Positions 60,301-63,972 of a stretch of 63,972 nt of DNA are shown piece after piece (positions within the stretch are counted from its first letter, which is position 1; each line of letters opens with the position of its first letter). Under the pieces are notes generated by a model that was given only the letters and a program-made list of their open reading frames with translations, was not told the origin of the DNA and ran no database searches. The position numbers and the translations under genes were made by a program. The stretch comes from Phoronis australis (taxonomy: Eukaryota; Animalia; Phoronida): contig NMRA01000119.1 of assembly GCA_002633005.1 (NCBI GenBank), positions 186,001-249,972 on the forward strand, written 5' to 3'.

Positions 60301-62982
60301 TCAGCGTTGCATGCATTGACTGAATCGTGAAAGGGCAGTTTAACTGCCCAAACCTTTTGTCTAGATGTGCACATAGTGTAAACATAAAGTTGAAATTGTT
60401 AAAGACCGCAGATTGACCAATGAAGCTAAACGAGGTCTTTCAGAAATAGATGTAACATGTTAGATAACTTTGATTGTATTTCCTTTTTCAGCGAGCTTTG
60501 GATGACTGGGTATTCATGTGTTTCTTTGTCGGAAATGATTTCCTACCTCATTTACCTTCACTTGAAATCAGGTAAAGATTTTGTTTCTATCATAAACAAT
60601 ACCTTATTTTTGTTGGTAGACAAAAGTTTCTCTTTTGGTATTTTCTTTGAGTTGGTTTAAAATTATGTAATAGCATGAGATTAGTGTTTGTGTTACAGAT
60701 TTAATTCTCACATTTTTTGAGACGCACTTTATTTTTTTACCACTTGTCCTGCTGTTGTCTGTGTTGTGTGGTCTTTATCTTGCTAGCGAGGTGTAGGATT
60801 GATTTAAACATACACTCTCAAGGTTAAACATTCGTAACAGATTTTTGAGTTTTATGCTTGAAAGACAAACCTCGTCAGACTAGCGCAGGAGCTGACGAGC
60901 CATCCATTCTATAAATAGAAAATTTAAAAGAGTTTAAACGTGTCTGATGACATCATTCCCAGACAGCCAACTCAAGCAGATGATGTGATCTAAAGTGTGC
61001 ATGGACAATTGGTTGTATCAGTAGTTTAGTCTTGGACGTTAGTGACTATGTCAACAAAGTTGTCGGTCCATTACAGCTGTTTTGTGAAGCAAACTCTGGA
61101 TGGTCCTTATCCTTAATCTGGAAATGTTGTCAGCTAGTCCCATATTTGAATATAGAAGTTTGAGTTTTTTTATTTTAATATTTGTTATTTGTTGTTTTTC
61201 ATTAATATTAAATGGCTAAATCTCACTGGCATTATATGGGTGCATCAAGAGTCATTTGTCTTTCTAATGTGCGCCATTACTGTTTTCAGAGAGAATGCAA
61301 TAGATAGGTTGATACGATTGTACAAAGATGCAGTTCGAAGGACCGGGGTAAGTTCGAGTCAGTCAGTAGGTGGCATGAGGGTGAGTTCACTTGAGCGAGA
61401 AGTTTTTCACATTTTTCATTGATGAGAAACTGGCAAACTTCTGAGCTCTGTGTATTCTGGAAACAGTTTTCAGATTCTTAAGCTTCCAGTATCACCATCC
61501 ATCTTGACGGGTTTCTTTCCTCATCCTCCCACCCTTCGGACTGCCTCAACTTGTTATTGTTAGGCAGGGACGTCTCAAGTATCTCCTAGCCTCTACGACG
61601 GTTTTAACGCACGTATCCTTATTAGCATGTAGAGGAGTTTTTTATATACGCTCTAGCCACTTATTGACTGTCTGTGCTACTGATCAGTTGTCAGTGCAGT
61701 ACATTTATCCAAACCTTTTAATGATTGCTAAAGGAAACATGGCTATGTGAGACTGAGGCAACCATACAGATTTTGTTGTAACCCGCTGATATAGCTAACC
61801 TCACCTTGGCATGCTGCCGTTTTTGATGCGTTATAAACCTAAGCACTTATTTGGACTGTTTGATGGTTAAATTGTGAGGCAATAGCCGCTCACATGGATC
61901 TCGGATTTTGAAAACCAGTTTCATGCCAGTTATTTAGTGGAGAAACTTGTTCTCAAAATGCAGCACCCCTGTAAGTGACTATTTCCAATTTTTGTGTTCT
62001 TTGTTTTGGTTTCTGAAGTACCTAATTGATACAATGAAATGGATTTAAACTCATGGAGATATTCCATCAACATGTTGTTGCCCTAATGCACTGCATTAAG
62101 AACACTTGGTTATTTGTTCTTCAGGGCTTCTTGACTGACAGGGGTGTTGTCAACCTGACTAGAGTTCAGCTGATGTTGACAGAGTTGGGCAAGGCAGAGG
62201 ACGAAATCTTCAGGCAGAGGCGAGAGAAGGATGTAAGCACTTGAAGGATTATATGTGCAGGGCTTGATTTGGCAACCTGAAGGTTGCTAATGCGACGTCA
62301 GATTTTGTTTGGCGACCTGATAAAAATCTCCAGTCGCAACAAAGCTGCATTCGAAAGAAATCCGACAAATAAAAATTCCCAGTGATAAACATAACTTTTG
62401 CAGTAGATATTTGTACTTTGGGAGTTAGTACTTCCCAATGTACTACTTTTTCAATGTAGATATCCCGTTTTTTTTTATTTTCAAATGTTGCTTCGGGATA
62501 AACTGTTTTTGTGTTTTGCAGGGTGTAATAAAGTGCGAGTCCTATTTTTCCTTTTAATAACTAATGGGCACAGAGCGATGCTATTAGCATACTGTAGGAA
62601 CCAAATTTACAGGTGTTACCTTTCAATATAGGCTTAATAAATACAGAAATGCAATTGGTTATGCGCATTAACCTTGTATATGATAACAATAAAGGTCAGT
62701 AAAACAATGTTGTAATACTGTGCGACAGTTAATTATCATTAGAGCAATGAACGTGACCACGAATTTGAGATAAAGTAGCGACCAGTAAAAAATGCGTAAA
62801 GTAGCAGAATGGATGCCTGATGTATGCGCAGAATTGTGTATAAAAATTCCTACGGTAATTGAAATTTGTGTTGTCCCACTGACTTTTTGGGGTTGTAGCC
62901 ATCGTTTACATAAATATTTTTCTGTTTTCAATAGCTGATGTTTAAACGAAGGGAAAAAGAAAAGAAACAAAGAGCAAAGCGG
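54278..62982 (+). CDS. XRN2: 5'-3' exoribonuclease 2, first 12 coding exons (428 codons), continues beyond the window
   Basis: Exons 54278-54352, 55996-56235, 56539-56600, 56840-56951, 57539-57701, 58418-58486, 59046-59185, 59684-59812, 60492-60571, 61290-61347, 62125-62232 and 62935-62982 join in frame. Motifs: [93 protein letters not shown] knuckle [14 protein letters not shown] (seen in XRN2, not XRN1), [10 protein letters not shown]. Confidence 0.96.
55996..56235 (+). CDS. XRN2: XRN2 exon 2
   Basis: ttatag|PKEVDG...[19 protein letters not shown]...AIDGV|gtgagt. Confidence 0.95.
56539..56600 (+). CDS. XRN2: XRN2 exon 3
   Basis: [20 protein letters not shown], phase-2 donor gtatgt. Confidence 0.93.
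56840..56951 (+). CDS. XRN2: XRN2 exon 4
   Basis: [17 protein letters not shown]...HFDSNCITP|gtgagt. Confidence 0.93.
57539..57701 (+). CDS. XRN2: XRN2 exon 5
   Basis: [16 protein letters not shown]...[17 protein letters not shown]. Confidence 0.94.
58418..58486 (+). CDS. XRN2: XRN2 exon 6
   Basis: [22 protein letters not shown]. Confidence 0.92.
59046..59185 (+). CDS. XRN2: XRN2 exon 7 (zinc knuckle)
   Basis: [38 protein letters not shown]. Confidence 0.93.
59684..59812 (+). CDS. XRN2: XRN2 exon 8
   Basis: [31 protein letters not shown]|gtaatg. Confidence 0.9.
60492..60571 (+). CDS. XRN2: XRN2 exon 9
   Basis: [26 protein letters not shown]. Confidence 0.93.
61290..61347 (+). CDS. XRN2: XRN2 exon 10
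   Basis: [19 protein letters not shown]|gtaagt. Confidence 0.9.
62125..62232 (+). CDS. XRN2: XRN2 exon 11
   Basis: [36 protein letters not shown]|gtaagc. Confidence 0.92.
62935..62982 (+). CDS. XRN2: XRN2 exon 12 (basic, NLS-like)
   Basis: caatag|[16 protein letters not shown]|gtaagt. Confidence 0.82.
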
Positions 62983-63287
62983 GTAAGTGCGGAGTGATAG
63001 TGCAGTCGTATGCCAAGTTGTCAATGTTATGTTTTTCTAAAACCGTGACTTCAGCAAGGTCCTTACAGGATTGGAAAAATCAAATATGTAAAATGTGTGG
63101 ATCAGTAGTAGAAAACAAGGAAATACATTATTTCAAGATATGACTTTTTATTGGTCACAAATAATGGCAATTTTAGGATATTTTGTTTTCAAACCCAACA
63201 ATAGGGGATAAAGGCCTGTTTTTCTAGTTATCTACTGCTTGGCTTTGGGAAGGGCTTTTACTACGTATTTTGTGTTTAACTAGTAGT

Positions 63288-63972
63288 AAAAGTCTGTTGT
63301 GTGCTGCCTTACACTGTTAGTAGTAAACTTACAGTGACTGAATGATATTAAAAGTCTGTTGTATGCTGCCTTACACTGTTAGTAGTAAACTTACAGTGAC
63401 TGAATGATATTAAAAGTCTGTTGTATGCTGCCTTACACTGTTAGTAGTAAACTTACAGTGACTGAATGATATTAAAAGTCTGTTGTATGCTGCCTTACAC
63501 TGTTAGTAGTAAACTTACAGTGACTGAATGATATTAAAAGTCTGTTGTATGCTGCCTTACACTGTTAGTAGTAAACTTACAGTGACTGAATGATATTAAA
63601 AGTCTGTTGTATGCTGCCTTACACTGTTAGTAGTAAACTTACAGTGACTGAATGATATTAAAAGTCTGTTGTATGCTGCCTTACACTGTTAGTAGTAAAC
63701 TTACAGTGACTGAATGATATTAAAAGTCTGTTGTATGCTGCCTTACACTGTTAGTAGTAAACTTACAGTGACTGAATGATATTAAAAGTCTGTTGTATGC
63801 TGCCTTACACTGTTAGTAGTAAACTTACAGTGACTGAATGATATTAAAAGTCTGTTGTATGCTGCCTTACACTGTTAGTAGTAAACTTACAGTGACTGAA
63901 TGATATTAAAAGTCTGTTGTATGCTGCCTTACACTGTTAGTAGTAAACTTACAGTGACTGAATGATATTAAA
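63288..63972. repeat. 62-bp near-perfect tandem repeat, at least 11 copies, running off the window end (XRN2 intron)
   Basis: Unit aaaagtctgttgtatgctgccttacactgttagtagtaaacttacagtgactgaatgatatt; only the first copy has a variant. Confidence 0.97.

Noticed and set aside
63288-63972. CRISPR array
   Set aside because: Units are identical with no unique spacers; eukaryotic intron; no cas genes

Overview
Intron-rich, AT-rich animal (invertebrate-like) genomic DNA, not prokaryotic; most entries in the ORF track are spurious. I reconstructed five genes by hand from splice sites and frame continuity. (1) The 3' part of an LRRK1-like ROCO kinase (+, 10 exons, 917..26202: end of COR, DYG-type kinase, WD40-like tail). 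(2) An LRR-only gene with a single coding exon (-, 7085..8137), nested antisense in the 9.1 kb intron that splits the LRRK kinase domain. (3) A two-exon secreted coiled-coil/C-type lectin gene with an EPN motif (-, 17340..18452), nested antisense in another LRRK intron. (4) A CDC42 small effector (CDC42SE/SPEC) gene missing from the ORF track (-, coding exons 48676..48723, 39597..39698, 38080..38187, about 85 aa), head-to-head with (5) the first 12 exons of XRN2 (+, 54278..62982, continuing off-window). Non-coding features include a decayed Penelope-like GIY-YIG retroelement fragment with an inverted copy forming a long hairpin (51866..52517), several MITE/foldback elements, and 27, 52, 54 and 62 bp tandem repeats. 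The best candidate for an undescribed system is the pair of pattern-recognition-type genes (cytosolic LRR plus secreted lectin) embedded antisense inside an LRRK/ROCO kinase gene; any functional link is inference only. Comparisons to human proteins are from memory, not from a search.
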